Assembly (NCBI GenBank): GCA_963812015.1 | Contig: CAWETI010000003.1 | Coordinates: 928,001-992,000, forward strand | From: an uncultured delta proteobacterium | GTDB lineage: Bacteria > Desulfobacterota > Desulfobaccia > Desulfobaccales > 0-14-0-80-60-11 | Direction: 5' to 3' | DNA: 64,000 nucleotides | Part shown: one piece after another, positions 47,860 to 57,977 of the stretch | How positions within the stretch are numbered: position 1 is the stretch's first letter | Layout: each line of letters opens with the position of its first letter | Notes under the pieces: generated by a model | Seen by the model: only the letters and a program-made list of their open reading frames with translations | Databases searched by the model: none | What the model was told of the DNA's origin: nothing | Translations under genes and position numbers: made by a program

Positions 47860-48609
47860 TTATCCCCCTGCCACTTCTTTGCTGTCGCGGATTTTCCAGC
47901 CTCCCGGACCCATCTCCAGGATGGTTCTATAATTCTGCCGCACCAGGGTGTAGTCATGGGTGCGGTGATCGTAGAGCTGGATGTTCCAGACGATATCCGC
48001 CGTGGCTTCCGTATCGTTTAACCGCTGCACATTGGAAATGCGATAGGAGACTTCCTTAATATCATAGTTTTTCCACAGCTCCAGCATCTGGTTCTCGACC
48101 CGCCCCAGATTGGGATAAGAGGAGTTGTAACAGCTGAGCCATTTGTTGATATCTTTGTTGAGATGGGCGGAGCGGATCTTTTCGGCAATCTTTTCCACTT
48201 CCGGGCGCAGGGTGTCTTGGGGCGACGACGGGGTGGAAATCGGGGCAACGGGCGCCCGGGATGGGAGATGGCGCCACAGATATATCCCGCCCACGATGAG
48301 AAGGGCCAGGACGATGAGCGACAAAAAACGGCCGGGGCGCCGTTGGCGACGACGAGCCATGGCTTCAGGTCTCCGGGGGTAGAAAAGCGGCGGACGGTTG
48401 GGGGTCTCCTCCTCTTCCTGGTTGACCCGGGCCGTCCTGAGAGGCAGACCGCATTCGGTACAGAATTTTTGTCCGGGATAAGTCGAGGTGGCGCAGCGGG
48501 CGCAAGGCCGGGCCGAGGCATTGGAAGCGCCTTTCAACAGTTGGCCGCAACGCTGACAGAATCGATGTTCCTCTCCATGGATTACCTGGCATTGATTACA
48601 ATACGGCAT
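47860..48609 (-). CDS. Double zinc-ribbon + TM + NTF2-like domain protein
   Basis: CNQC..FCQRCG..CARC..FCTECG, one TM segment, C-terminal domain homologous to 17439-17963. Confidence 0.8.
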   Translation of the reverse strand: MPYCNQCQVIHGEEHRFCQRCGQLLKGASNASARPCARCATSTYPGQKFCTECGLPLRTARVNQEEEETPNRPPLFYPRRPEAMARRRQRRPGRFLSLIVLALLIVGGIYLWRHLPSRAPVAPISTPSSPQDTLRPEVEKIAEKIRSAHLNKDINKWLSCYNSSYPNLGRVENQMLELWKNYDIKEVSYRISNVQRLNDTEATADIVWNIQLYDHRTHDYTLVRQNYRTILEMGPGGWKIRDSKEVAGG

Positions 48610-48821
48610 AGTTTCTCACCAACAGTCGCATAAAATTGTCTAACACATTCTCCCGGCAAAGCAAAGGAAATTAGAGTTCCGGCCCGGGGAAAGGGACCCG
48701 GGAAAGAAGCCGGCCCCGGCCGACTCCCCCGGGACCAGGGGTGGCCGCCGCGAAGGCCGTAGAGGCAAAGTTACCGGCAGTATACCAGCAAGCGCAATTT
48801 TTTGGTCTTATCGACGGAGCG

Positions 48822-49112
48822 CTATTTTTGGAGCTGCTGCATTTGCTGCTCCACTTCCCGCTGTCGCTTCTCGGCATCCCGTTGGCGCTGTTCGGCATCT
48901 TTACGGCGCTGGTAAGTGTTTTCCCGCCGTTTATCCTCCTTTTCCGAATCCTCCCAGTCCTTTTGCCGCTTTTGCTGCAATTCCTGCCACTCCTGATCCG
49001 ATAACTTGCCCGGGCCGCTTTGGGCAAAGGCCCGGGTTGCGAGCCAGCCGGCGCCGGAAATCAGCAGTAAACCTGCCAAGAGCAGTGCTCCAACTCCCAT
49101 TAACTTTTTCAT
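48822..49112 (-). CDS. Small exported coiled-coil protein
   Basis: GGAGG upstream; signal peptide ending AFA; Q/E/K/R-rich mature part. Confidence 0.65.
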   Translation of the reverse strand: MKKLMGVGALLLAGLLLISGAGWLATRAFAQSGPGKLSDQEWQELQQKRQKDWEDSEKEDKRRENTYQRRKDAEQRQRDAEKRQREVEQQMQQLQK

Positions 49113-49449
49113 CTGCCTCGTCCTCCTAACCTCGGGTATTTTCTGATGCTCATTCGAGATCCGGCCGCCGCCGGGCTTGGGACTATCCCTCATCGATGCC
49201 GAAGGCGACTCTTGCCAATGATCCCCCGGTTTCCCGCCGGGGGGTGGGGTTCGAAATTTTCTTAAGAAATACAGCAACATTCGTTTTTTTGGGGGCAGCC
49301 CGGCTTCTTTTAGATATAATAATCCATCATCGTTTGCAAAAGCGAACCCCGGATTTCGGACTCTCCCAGGCCAGAGGTTGAGCACAAGAAAGGATTTGGT
49401 AGCCGCAGCACTCGGGACGGCCCAGAAAATAAATAATATTAACTTCTAT

Positions 49450-49499
49450 TATCAAATAGTTACCCAAATAGCCAGCAAATTTTGTCGAATAATCCGGGA
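49450..49499. promoter_or_regulatory. IHF-like site and UAS-like motif in the divergent intergenic region
   Basis: TATCAAATAGTTA fits WATCAANNNNTTR; TGTCGAATAATCCGGGA shares TGTCGAATAAT with 16109. Confidence 0.4.
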
Positions 49500-49607
49500 A
49501 CATTTTCGGAAAAAACCGGGCAAATTCATGGCAAAACTGTCTGGCCTCTTGACAAGAACCCAGGCAGACCGTTATATATATATGGTTCTGATTCAGGAGT
49601 GTCCCTT

Positions 49608-50069
49608 ATGAATAATATGAATAATATGGAAACCATGAAAAGTTATACCGCCCGGACAGGGGAAGTGCCGCGCCAGTGGTACGTGGTGGACGCCCAGGAC
49701 AAGGTCCTGGGTCGCCTGGCCAGTCGCATTGCCATGGTGCTGCGGGGTAAGACCAAGCCCACCTATACGCCCCACATCGACACCGGGGACTTCGTGGTCG
49801 TGGTCAATGCCGCTCAGGTGCAACTGACCGGCAGGAAGTTAGACAATAAATTCTACTACCGGCATTCCGGCTATCCTGGCGGGATCAAAGAGATTTCCGC
49901 CCGGAAACTCCTCCAGAAGAAACCGGAGGAGATTTTGCGCCATGCCGTCCGGGGCATGTTGCCCAAAAACAGCTTGGGAAGGCACCTGCTGAAAAAATTG
50001 AAGATCTACGTCGGCGGGGAGCATCCGCATGAGTCCCAGAAGCCGGCGCCTCTTCCCTGGGAGGATTAA
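49608..50069 (+). CDS. rplM: 50S ribosomal protein L13
   Basis: [53 protein letters not shown] at 49549. Confidence 0.97.
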   Translation: MNNMNNMETMKSYTARTGEVPRQWYVVDAQDKVLGRLASRIAMVLRGKTKPTYTPHIDTGDFVVVVNAAQVQLTGRKLDNKFYYRHSGYPGGIKEISARKLLQKKPEEILRHAVRGMLPKNSLGRHLLKKLKIYVGGEHPHESQKPAPLPWED

Positions 50070-50464
50070 TGGCGGCGCAAGCAAGCATTCACGCCACGGG
50101 TAAACGCAAGACCGCGATCGCGCGGGTCTATCTGCGTCCCGGCAATGGCCGGATTATCGTGAATCAGCGCGAGTTTGAAGACTACTTCCCCGGGGAGACC
50201 ACCCGGAACCTGGTGCGCAAGCCCCTGCTCCTGGTGAACGTCGGCCCGGAGTTCGACATTCTGGTCAATGTCCGGGGCGGCGGCCTGGAAGGCCAGGCCG
50301 GGGCCGTCAAACACGCCCTGAGCCGGGCCCTGGTGGTGCTCAACCCGGAACTGCGTCCCATCCTGAAAAAGGCCGGTTTTCTCACCCGGGACGCCCGCAT
50401 CAAAGAGCGGAAGAAATACGGCCTCCGGGGCGCCCGCCGCGGCTGTCAGTATTCGAAACGGTAA
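50069..50464 (+). CDS. rpsI: 30S ribosomal protein S9
   Basis: TGKRKTAIARV, GGG..GQAGA, LTRDARIKERKKYG, QYSKR. Confidence 0.98.
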   Translation: MAAQASIHATGKRKTAIARVYLRPGNGRIIVNQREFEDYFPGETTRNLVRKPLLLVNVGPEFDILVNVRGGGLEGQAGAVKHALSRALVVLNPELRPILKKAGFLTRDARIKERKKYGLRGARRGCQYSKR

Positions 50465-50474
50465 TTAATGAGGA

Positions 50475-50612
50475 TTTTGGGGGAGGGGGCTAAGGGCGCC
50501 AGCCCTTACCCCCTCCCCCGAGCCCCCTCCCCCAATCCCTTACAGGGGGTTGGGAGGAGAGGTTGAGGGGAGAGCGGGGGAACTGCCTTCCCCCGGCCCT
50601 CCCCTCAAAGTT
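50475..50612. repeat. G-rich hairpin family, double copy
   Basis: GGGGGAGGGGGCTAAGGGC..GCCCTTACCCCCTCCCCC; GAGGGGAGAGCGGGGGAA..TTCCCCCGGCCCTCCCCTC. Confidence 0.65.
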
Positions 50613-50626
50613 TTATATCCAATACC

Positions 50627-51673
50627 ATGACCAAAATCCGCGTCGCAGTCATCGGGGCTTCCGGTTATGCCGGGTTGGAGTTGGTGCGCCTGTTGGTGCG
50701 GCATCCGGGTTGCGAGCTCGCAGCCCTCACCTCCCTGGAATACCCCGGCCGGCCTTTCTCCCAGATCTTTCCGGCCCTGGCCGGTATTGTCGACTTGCCC
50801 TTCAGCCAGGACCCGACCCCCGAGAAAATTGCGGCTGCCGCCGAAGTGGTCTTCACCGCGGTGCCCCATCAAACCGCCATGGGCATGATCCCTACTTTCC
50901 TGGCCCAGGGGTGCAGAGTGGTGGACCTGAGCGCGGATTTTCGCTTCCGGGATGTCAGCCTCTATGAGAAGTGGTATCAGGCGCATACGGCGCCGGAGTT
51001 GAACGCCGAGGCGGTGTATGGCCTGCCCGAACTGCACCGGGAAGAGGTGCGCCGGACGCGCCTGGTGGGCAACCCCGGCTGCTATCCCACGTGCGTCATC
51101 CTGGGGTTAGCGCCTCTGGCCAAAGCCGGCTTGCTTGCGCCCCATTCGGTGATTGCCGATTGCAAATCCGGGACGAGCGGCGCCGGACGCCAGGCCCTGT
51201 TGGGCATCTCGTTCTGTGAAGTCAATGACGGCTTCCGGGCTTACAAAGTGCTGGAGCACCGGCATACCCCCGAGATGGAGCAGGAGCTGAGCTGGCTGGC
51301 CGGCACAGCGGTTAAAGTCACCTTTACCCCGCATCTCGTTCCCATGAGCCGGGGCATCCTGGGAACGCTGTACGCCAACTTGACGGCGCCCCGGACCGAG
51401 GGGGAACTCCGGGAACTCTACGAAAAATTCTTTCAGGGCCATCCCTTTGTGCGCCTCCATCCGCCGGGGAGTCTTCCCGATACCCGGGACGTACGGGGCG
51501 GGAATTTCTGCGATCTGGCCCTCAGGGTGGATCGGGAAAGCCAGCGGGTCATTGTCATTTCGGCCATCGACAACCTCACCAAGGGGGCGGCCGGCCAGGC
51601 GGTGCACAACTTCAACCTGATGATGGGTTTCCCCGAAACCACCGGGTTGGACGTGGTGCCTTTTGTCCCTTAA
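50627..51673 (+). CDS. argC: N-acetyl-gamma-glutamyl-phosphate reductase
   Basis: GASGYAG, DLSADFR, YGLPE, NPGCYPT, SGTSGAG, HRHTPE, DNLTKGAAGQA. Confidence 0.97.
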   Translation: MTKIRVAVIGASGYAGLELVRLLVRHPGCELAALTSLEYPGRPFSQIFPALAGIVDLPFSQDPTPEKIAAAAEVVFTAVPHQTAMGMIPTFLAQGCRVVDLSADFRFRDVSLYEKWYQAHTAPELNAEAVYGLPELHREEVRRTRLVGNPGCYPTCVILGLAPLAKAGLLAPHSVIADCKSGTSGAGRQALLGISFCEVNDGFRAYKVLEHRHTPEMEQELSWLAGTAVKVTFTPHLVPMSRGILGTLYANLTAPRTEGELRELYEKFFQGHPFVRLHPPGSLPDTRDVRGGNFCDLALRVDRESQRVIVISAIDNLTKGAAGQAVHNFNLMMGFPETTGLDVVPFVP

Positions 51674-51678
51674 AAGGA

Positions 51679-51968
51679 GGGGCGAAAAGGGGAAAAGGGA
51701 AAAAGGCGAAAAGGGGAAAAACCAAAGGAGGTTTTTTTACTAGCGAGTGCCGAAAGTTTTTTCCGTTATGCCGCATGCGCCAGTACCTAAATCCCCCCTA
51801 CCCCCCTTTACCAAAGGGAGGAACTTAGCGGAACCCCTTTTAAAGTCCCCCTTTGAAAAAGGGAGATTTAGGGGGATTTAAAAACCAGCAATCGGACGGA
51901 ATTTTTAGCAAACGCGATAACCTATCCGTTTCGCCTTTTCCCACCTGGCAATTTTCTGATTTTCCCCC
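51679..51968. repeat. Palindromic element nested between inverted purine-rich short repeats
   Basis: AAATCCCCCCTACCCCCCTTT ... AAAGGGAGATTTAGGGGGATTT (51789-51879), flanked by (A/G)GG(G/C)GAAAA-type repeats and TTTCGCCTTTTCCC. Confidence 0.55.
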
Positions 51969-51985
51969 GGGAATAACCATCGCGC

Positions 51986-52732
51986 ATGGACCTTCGAAGA
52001 AACATCCGCCTCCTCCTGGAGTACGACGGCACCCGTTATCACGGGTGGCAGCGCCAGGCGGATACCCTGACGATTCAGGAGGTGCTGGAAGCGGCGGTGG
52101 CGCGGCTGACGGGGGAAGGGATCGCCCTCATCGGCTCGGGGCGCACCGACGCCGGGGTTCACGCCCTGGGCCAGGTGGCCAATTTCCGCACCATAAGCGC
52201 CATCCCCCTCAAGGCTTTTCATCAAGGCTTGAACTCCCTGCTCCCCAAAGACATCGCGGTGCTGGAGGCAAGTGAAGCGCCGCCGGAGTTTCACGCCCGG
52301 AAATCGGCCTGGGCCAAGACCTATGAGTACCGTATCCTCAACCGCCCCACACGCTCACCCCTTTATCACCACTACGCCTGGTGGATCGACCCGCCCCTGG
52401 ACCTGGTCGCCATGGCCGGGGCCGCCGCGGCTCTACCGGGTGAGCATGATTTTACCGCCTTCAGGGCCAGCGGCAGCGACAATCAAAATCCCGTGCGCCG
52501 GGTGCTGGCGGCTGATTGGCGTGACTTTCCCGGGGGGTGGCTGAGTTTTAGCATCACCGGGACCGGGTTCTTACGGGGCATGGTGCGGAGCCTGGTGGGC
52601 ACCATGGCGGATGTCGGCAAGGGCAAGGCGGCTCCGGAGTTGCTGGCGGAGTTGCTCAAGAGCGGCGAGCGCCACCTGGCCGGACCCACGGCGCCGCCCC
52701 AGGGGCTCTATCTGGTGGAAGTGAGGTATTGA
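51986..52732 (+). CDS. truA: tRNA pseudouridine(38-40) synthase
   Basis: YDGTRYHGWQ, SGRTDAGVHA, FHAR, GEHDFTAF, FLRGMVR, TAPPQGLYL. Confidence 0.96.
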   Translation: MDLRRNIRLLLEYDGTRYHGWQRQADTLTIQEVLEAAVARLTGEGIALIGSGRTDAGVHALGQVANFRTISAIPLKAFHQGLNSLLPKDIAVLEASEAPPEFHARKSAWAKTYEYRILNRPTRSPLYHHYAWWIDPPLDLVAMAGAAAALPGEHDFTAFRASGSDNQNPVRRVLAADWRDFPGGWLSFSITGTGFLRGMVRSLVGTMADVGKGKAAPELLAELLKSGERHLAGPTAPPQGLYLVEVRY

Positions 52733-52841
52733 GGTCAGGGGCCTCGGCGCCAGATAGCCGCGCATGCAGGCTCCATGGAATAAATTTAGGTCAAGGCTTC
52801 GCTTGGTCTTCCCTCCCAAAAAGATTGTGATATAATTCGCT

Positions 52842-53762
52842 ATGCCTGGACCGCAGCACGTGGAGCCTGCCCCCGCGGTCCCCAAGGATCATATGGAAGC
52901 CGACCAGCCCCAACCCGACGCCGAATCTAAACCGGAACTGAATATCATTCAGGCCATCGAGCTGGCCATCGCCCATGAGACCGAGGCCCGGAAGAGCTAT
53001 CTGTCCCTGTCCCAGGAGACCGACGATCTAGAGCTCAGGACCCTCCTGAAAGAAATCGCCATGGAAGAGGCCAGCCATGAGGCGTCGCTCCGGAGCCGCC
53101 TGCGCCTCTACCAGGAGCGGCACGTGCTCCGGGACACCTTCTCCCGTTATGTGAGTCCGGAGTTGTGCGAAGAGATCTTGAAGAATCCGGGGCTGCTGGC
53201 CCTGGGGGGGCGGCGCCAGCAGGTGACGGTGCTCTTTGCCGATATCCGCAATTTTACCAGCATGTCGGAATCCCTGGCCCCGGAAGCCGTGGTGGAGGTG
53301 CTCAACACCTATTTTACCGCGATGGTGGATTTGGTATTTCACTATCAGGGGACCCTGGATAAGTTTGTGGGAGATGCCCTGATGGCGGTGTTCGGGGTGC
53401 CGCTGCCCCTCCCCCAGGCCGCGGACCGGGCGGTGGAATGCGCCCTGGCCATGCAGCGCCACCTGAGGCAGATGCAGGCCGCAGGTAAGACCCCCATTCA
53501 GGGCATGCGCATCGGTATCAACACTGGGGAGGCCATCGTGGGCAACATCGGCTCCGCCAAGCGCATGGACTTCACCGTGGTGGGGGACGCGGTCAACGTG
53601 GCCGCCCGGCTTCAGGAACTGGCCAAAGAGCTGGAAGCCGACACCCTCATCAGCGAGGCCACCTTTCGGGAACTGGGGGGGAAGTTTGAGGCGGCCCCCG
53701 AGCCCGCGGTGGTGCTGCGAGGTCGCAAGGAACCGACGCCCATCTATCGCCTCGAAGCTTGA
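52842..53762 (+). CDS. Adenylate cyclase (class III) with an N-terminal rubrerythrin/ferritin-like helical hairpin
   Basis: AIAHETEARKSY..EIAMEEASHE; FSRYVSP, LFADIRNFT, LDKFVGDA, RIGINTG, DFTVVGDAVNVAARLQ. Confidence 0.85.
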   Translation: MPGPQHVEPAPAVPKDHMEADQPQPDAESKPELNIIQAIELAIAHETEARKSYLSLSQETDDLELRTLLKEIAMEEASHEASLRSRLRLYQERHVLRDTFSRYVSPELCEEILKNPGLLALGGRRQQVTVLFADIRNFTSMSESLAPEAVVEVLNTYFTAMVDLVFHYQGTLDKFVGDALMAVFGVPLPLPQAADRAVECALAMQRHLRQMQAAGKTPIQGMRIGINTGEAIVGNIGSAKRMDFTVVGDAVNVAARLQELAKELEADTLISEATFRELGGKFEAAPEPAVVLRGRKEPTPIYRLEA

Positions 53763-53823
53763 GGCAGGAAAAGGCGCGGCTTCCCATGGTTGAGGCAAAA
53801 AAACGGGTTCGTGAAAAATGTTA

Positions 53824-53885
53824 TTGACAAGTGTCGAGAGATGATTTATTGTGAGAATCTGGATAGCATGTGAATTTTTTCACAT
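53824..53885 (+). promoter_or_regulatory. sigma70 promoter and Rex-type operator upstream of sat
   Basis: TTGACA (53824) then a TATTGT -10-like hexamer; palindrome ATGTGAA-TTTT-TTCACAT (53868-53885) matches the Rex consensus TTGTGAANNNNTTCACAA. Confidence 0.75.
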
Positions 53886-53953
53886 TATTCCTGTAACTTA
53901 CCCGTAACTTAAGTTTCTGACAAAAAACTCTTACAGCCCGAGGAGGGAAATAG

Positions 53954-55189
53954 ATGGCTTTGGTAAACCCACACGGTAAAGAGAAGAAGTTAAAACCCTT
54001 ACTGCTTTCGCCGACTCAGATCGCCGAAGAAAAAAAGCGGGCCAAGGAATTGACGGTAGTCACCATGACCTCCCGGGAAACGGCCGACCTCATCATGATG
54101 GGGATCGGCGGCTTCACCCCCCTGGACGGTTTCATGGGCCACGATGACTGGAAAGGCTCCTGCAGCGATGCTATGAAGCTGACGGACGGCACCTTCTGGC
54201 CCATCCCCGTCACCATGTCCGTCAACCAGGGCAAAGCCGACTCCATCAAGGTCGGCCAGGAAGTGCTGCTGGTGGACGAAGAGACGGAAGAGATGATGGG
54301 GACCATGAAGGTCACCGAGAAGTACAAGGTTGACAAAAAGTGGGAATGCAAGCAGGTCTTCACCACCGATGAGATGGACCACCCGGGCGTGCAGATGGTC
54401 ATGGGCCAGGAAGCAGTCAACCTGGCGGGCACCGTCAAGGTCTGGAGTGAAGGCCCCTTTCCGAAACTGTATCCCGGTCTCTATATGCGGCCTTGGGAAA
54501 CCCGGAAGATGTTTGAGGACAAGGGCTGGAACACCATTGCCGCCCTGCAGCTCCGGAACCCCATGCACCGCTCCCACGAGTACCTGGCCAAGATTGCCAT
54601 CGAGGTCTGCGACGGCATTCTGATCCACCAGCTCCTGGGCAAACTGAAACCCGGCGACATCCCCGCGGAAGTGCGCACCGAGGCCATCAACGTCCTCACC
54701 CAGTACTACTTCGTGAAAGACACCAGCATCCAGTCCGGCTATCCCCTGGATATGCGCTATGCCGGTCCCCGGGAAGCGTTGTTCCACGCGGTGTTCCGCC
54801 AGAATTTCGGCTGCTCCCACCTGATCGTCGGCCGTGACCACGCCGGCGTGGGCGAGTACTACGGCCCCTTCGACGCCCAGAAGATCTTCACCACGATCCC
54901 CAAGGACGCCCTGGAGCTGAAACCCCTGAACATCGACTGGACCTTCTATTGCCACAAGTGCGACGGCATGGCCTCCATGCGCACCTGCTGCCACGGCAAG
55001 GAAGACCGCCTGATGCTGTCCGGCACCATGCTGCGCAAGATGCTGTCCGAAGACATGGAAGTGCCGGATCACTTCAGCCGCCCCGAAGTCCTGACCGTCC
55101 TCCGGAAGTATTACCGGGGCCTCACCGAGAAAGTGGAAGTCAAGGTGCACGGCTTCGCCACCGGCGACATCTCGGGGAAGAAAAAGTAG
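53954..55189 (+). CDS. sat: Sulfate adenylyltransferase (dissimilatory)
   Basis: [51 protein letters not shown]. Confidence 0.98.
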   Translation: MALVNPHGKEKKLKPLLLSPTQIAEEKKRAKELTVVTMTSRETADLIMMGIGGFTPLDGFMGHDDWKGSCSDAMKLTDGTFWPIPVTMSVNQGKADSIKVGQEVLLVDEETEEMMGTMKVTEKYKVDKKWECKQVFTTDEMDHPGVQMVMGQEAVNLAGTVKVWSEGPFPKLYPGLYMRPWETRKMFEDKGWNTIAALQLRNPMHRSHEYLAKIAIEVCDGILIHQLLGKLKPGDIPAEVRTEAINVLTQYYFVKDTSIQSGYPLDMRYAGPREALFHAVFRQNFGCSHLIVGRDHAGVGEYYGPFDAQKIFTTIPKDALELKPLNIDWTFYCHKCDGMASMRTCCHGKEDRLMLSGTMLRKMLSEDMEVPDHFSRPEVLTVLRKYYRGLTEKVEVKVHGFATGDISGKKK

Positions 55190-55295
55190 TGTAGAGTAAG
55201 GTGGTGCAGGGGCGGAAGCACTCTTCCGCCTCTCACCGCATAATGCAGGTATATAACAAGATAACTGCTTAACCCTAATGAGGAGGTTTTACGTT

Positions 55296-55721
55296 ATGCC
55301 GAGTTTCGTAATCGTGGAAAAATGTGACGGCTGTAAAGCCCTGGACAAGACTGCTTGCCAGTACATCTGCCCCAATGACCTGATGGTCCTGGAACCCGAA
55401 CAAAAGAAGGCTTACAACCAGGAACCGGATCAGTGCTGGGAATGCTACAACTGCGTGAAGATCTGCCCCCAGCAGGCCATCGAAGTCCGCCACTATGCGG
55501 ACATCATGCCCCTGGGCTCCAGCACCATCCCGCTGCGCGGCAGCGACAACATCATGTGGACCATCAAATTCCGGGACCAGAAGACCATCAAGCGGTTCAA
55601 GTTCCCCATCCGGACCACGGCGGAAGGGTCCATCGATTGCTTCAAGGGCAAAACCTTGCCCACCGACATGGCCGGCCTGAAGAAACCCGGTTTCTACACC
55701 GGCGCGGCCCGCCCCGAGTAG
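55296..55721 (+). CDS. aprB: APS reductase beta subunit
   Basis: MPSFV..CDGC..ACQYICPNDLM..CWECYNCVKICP..RFKFPIRTT. Confidence 0.98.
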   Translation: MPSFVIVEKCDGCKALDKTACQYICPNDLMVLEPEQKKAYNQEPDQCWECYNCVKICPQQAIEVRHYADIMPLGSSTIPLRGSDNIMWTIKFRDQKTIKRFKFPIRTTAEGSIDCFKGKTLPTDMAGLKKPGFYTGAARPE

Positions 55722-55759
55722 TCTCCACCGCAGCGAAAATTTAAGGAGGACACTGAGAT

Positions 55760-57724
55760 ATGGCTCTGGAAAGAGAATTTTGTAAATGGTCTTTTTGTGC
55801 GAAACCGGAAGTAGTCACTGTTGAAACCGACCTGCTGCTGGTAGGCGGTGGCATGGCTTGCACCGGCGCCGCGGTTGAAGCATCTGCCTGGGCGAAAGCC
55901 GCCGGGCTGAAGGTCACCCTGGTTGACAAAGCCGCCCTGGATCGCTCCGGCGCGGTAGCTATGGGTCTGTCCGCCATCAACACCTACATCGGTTCGGAAA
56001 ACAAAATAGCTGATTATGTGAACATGGTGCGCACCGACCTCATGGGCATCATCCGGGAAGACTTGGTCTACAGCGTGGGCGCCCACGTCGACCAGACCGT
56101 GCATGACTTCCAGGATTGGGGCCTGCCCATCTGGCAGAAAGACAACGAAGGCCACACCGTTGACGGCCAGGTCGCCAGAGACGAGGGCCTGCCCCTCCTG
56201 AAAGACGGCGGTAAGTGCGTCCGCTCCGGCCGTTGGCAGTGCATGATCAACGGTGAGTCCTACAAGGTGATCGTGGCCGAAGCCGCCAAGAACGCCCTGG
56301 GGATGGACAACATTTACGAGCGCGTCTTCATCGTCAAACTGCTCACCGACAAGAACAACAGCAACCGCGTATGCGGGGCCGTGGGTTTTAGCGTGCGTGA
56401 GCACAAGACCTATGTCTTCAAATGCAAGGCCATGATCATCGCCTGCGGCGGTGTGGTCAACGTCTTCCGGCCCCGGTCGGTGGGTGAAGGCCAGGGTCGT
56501 GCCTGGTACCCCGTATGGAACGCCGGCTCCACCTACGCCATGCCCGCCGAAATCGGCGCCAAGATGGTGCTGATGGAAAACCGTTTCGTCCCCGCCCGCT
56601 TTAAGGATGGTTACGGCCCGGTCGGCGCCTGGTTCCTGTTCTTCAAGGCCCAGGCCACCAACGCTTACGGCGAAGATTACATGGCCAAAAACTGGGACCG
56701 GGTCAAGAAAGAGTACCCCGGTTATGCCGATAATCCCGGCACCTGCCTGCGGAACCACGCGGCGATGATCGAAATGCGGGAAGGCCGCGGCCCCATCATG
56801 ATGCACACCGACAAGGCCATGGCGAAGCTGGCCGAAACCCTGAGCAAGAAAGAGCTCAAGCATCTGGAAGCCGAAGCCTGGGAAGACTTTCTGGATATGT
56901 CCATCTCCGCCGCCTGTCTGTGGGCTTCCTTCAACATGGAGCCCGACAAGATGCCGTCGGAAATCATCCCCTCCGAGCCTTACCTGCTCGGTTCGCATGC
57001 CGGCTGCGCCGGTCTGTGGGTCTCCGGTCCCGCCAAGAACTACATGGGCGCGCCCGACAGCTGGTTCTGGGGCTATGACCGCATGACCACCGTTGACGGC
57101 CTGTTCACCGCCGGTGATGGCGTCGGCGCCTCCGGGCACAAGTTCTCCTCCGGGGCCCACGCTGAGGGCCGCATGGCCGCCAAGGGCGCCCTGGCCTTCA
57201 TCCTGGACCACAAGAACGACAAGCTGGAAGCGGCGCAGAACATCGACGAAGTCATCGCCGAGATCTACCTGCCCTTCGAGATCTTCGAGAAGTACAAAGG
57301 CTACACCACCGCCCCGGAGATCAACCCCAACTACCTGATGCCCAAGCAGGTCCAGACCCGCTTGCAGAAGCTGATGGACGAATACGTGGCGGGCTGCTCC
57401 ACCATGTATATGTGTAACAAACCCAGCCTGGAAGAGGGCCTGAAGCGCCTCACCCTGCTGAAAGAAGACGCGACCCGGTTGGCCGCTCGGGACCTGCACG
57501 AACTGATGCGGGCCTGGGAAAATTATCACCGGATCCTCTCCGGTGAGGCCCACCTGCGCCACATCCTGTTCCGGGAAGAGAGCCGTTATCCTGGCTACTA
57601 CTACCGCTCCGACTTCCTGAGCATCGATGACAACAAGTGGAGGGTGTTCACCATCTCCCAGTACGACAAGAACAAGAACGAGTGGAAGTTCGAGACCGAG
57701 CCTTACAAGCAGCTGATTAAGTAA
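55760..57724 (+). CDS. aprA: APS reductase alpha subunit
   Basis: RSGAVAMGLSAINTY, GRWQCMINGESYK, RAWYPVWNAGS, RFKDGYGPVGAWFL, GASGHKFSSG, EESRYPGYYYR. Confidence 0.98.
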   Translation: MALEREFCKWSFCAKPEVVTVETDLLLVGGGMACTGAAVEASAWAKAAGLKVTLVDKAALDRSGAVAMGLSAINTYIGSENKIADYVNMVRTDLMGIIREDLVYSVGAHVDQTVHDFQDWGLPIWQKDNEGHTVDGQVARDEGLPLLKDGGKCVRSGRWQCMINGESYKVIVAEAAKNALGMDNIYERVFIVKLLTDKNNSNRVCGAVGFSVREHKTYVFKCKAMIIACGGVVNVFRPRSVGEGQGRAWYPVWNAGSTYAMPAEIGAKMVLMENRFVPARFKDGYGPVGAWFLFFKAQATNAYGEDYMAKNWDRVKKEYPGYADNPGTCLRNHAAMIEMREGRGPIMMHTDKAMAKLAETLSKKELKHLEAEAWEDFLDMSISAACLWASFNMEPDKMPSEIIPSEPYLLGSHAGCAGLWVSGPAKNYMGAPDSWFWGYDRMTTVDGLFTAGDGVGASGHKFSSGAHAEGRMAAKGALAFILDHKNDKLEAAQNIDEVIAEIYLPFEIFEKYKGYTTAPEINPNYLMPKQVQTRLQKLMDEYVAGCSTMYMCNKPSLEEGLKRLTLLKEDATRLAARDLHELMRAWENYHRILSGEAHLRHILFREESRYPGYYYRSDFLSIDDNKWRVFTISQYDKNKNEWKFETEPYKQLIK

Positions 57725-57737
57725 GAACGGCTAGGTT

Positions 57738-57777
57738 CCGGGGCTTCGGGTGATCCCGAAGCCCCGGGCTGTTTTTT
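57738..57777 (+). terminator. Terminator after aprA
   Basis: CCGGGGCTTCGGG-TGAT-CCCGAAGCCCCGG followed by a T run. Confidence 0.75.
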
Positions 57778-57977
57778 GGCCGTGGTCTCAGGCCCTCCGG
57801 CCAGCCACGGCCAATTTTTTGAGGGATGCATCACCATCCCCCCACCAGAGCGACGTTTTTCCTTGAACCCATATTCACAATGTATTATAGAATGAGAAAG
57901 TGGGTCTCAGGGCCTGGGCCGGAGCCGAGACTCGGCCAATGCTCTGGATCGCTTCAATGTCCCCAAGGAGGACTTGT

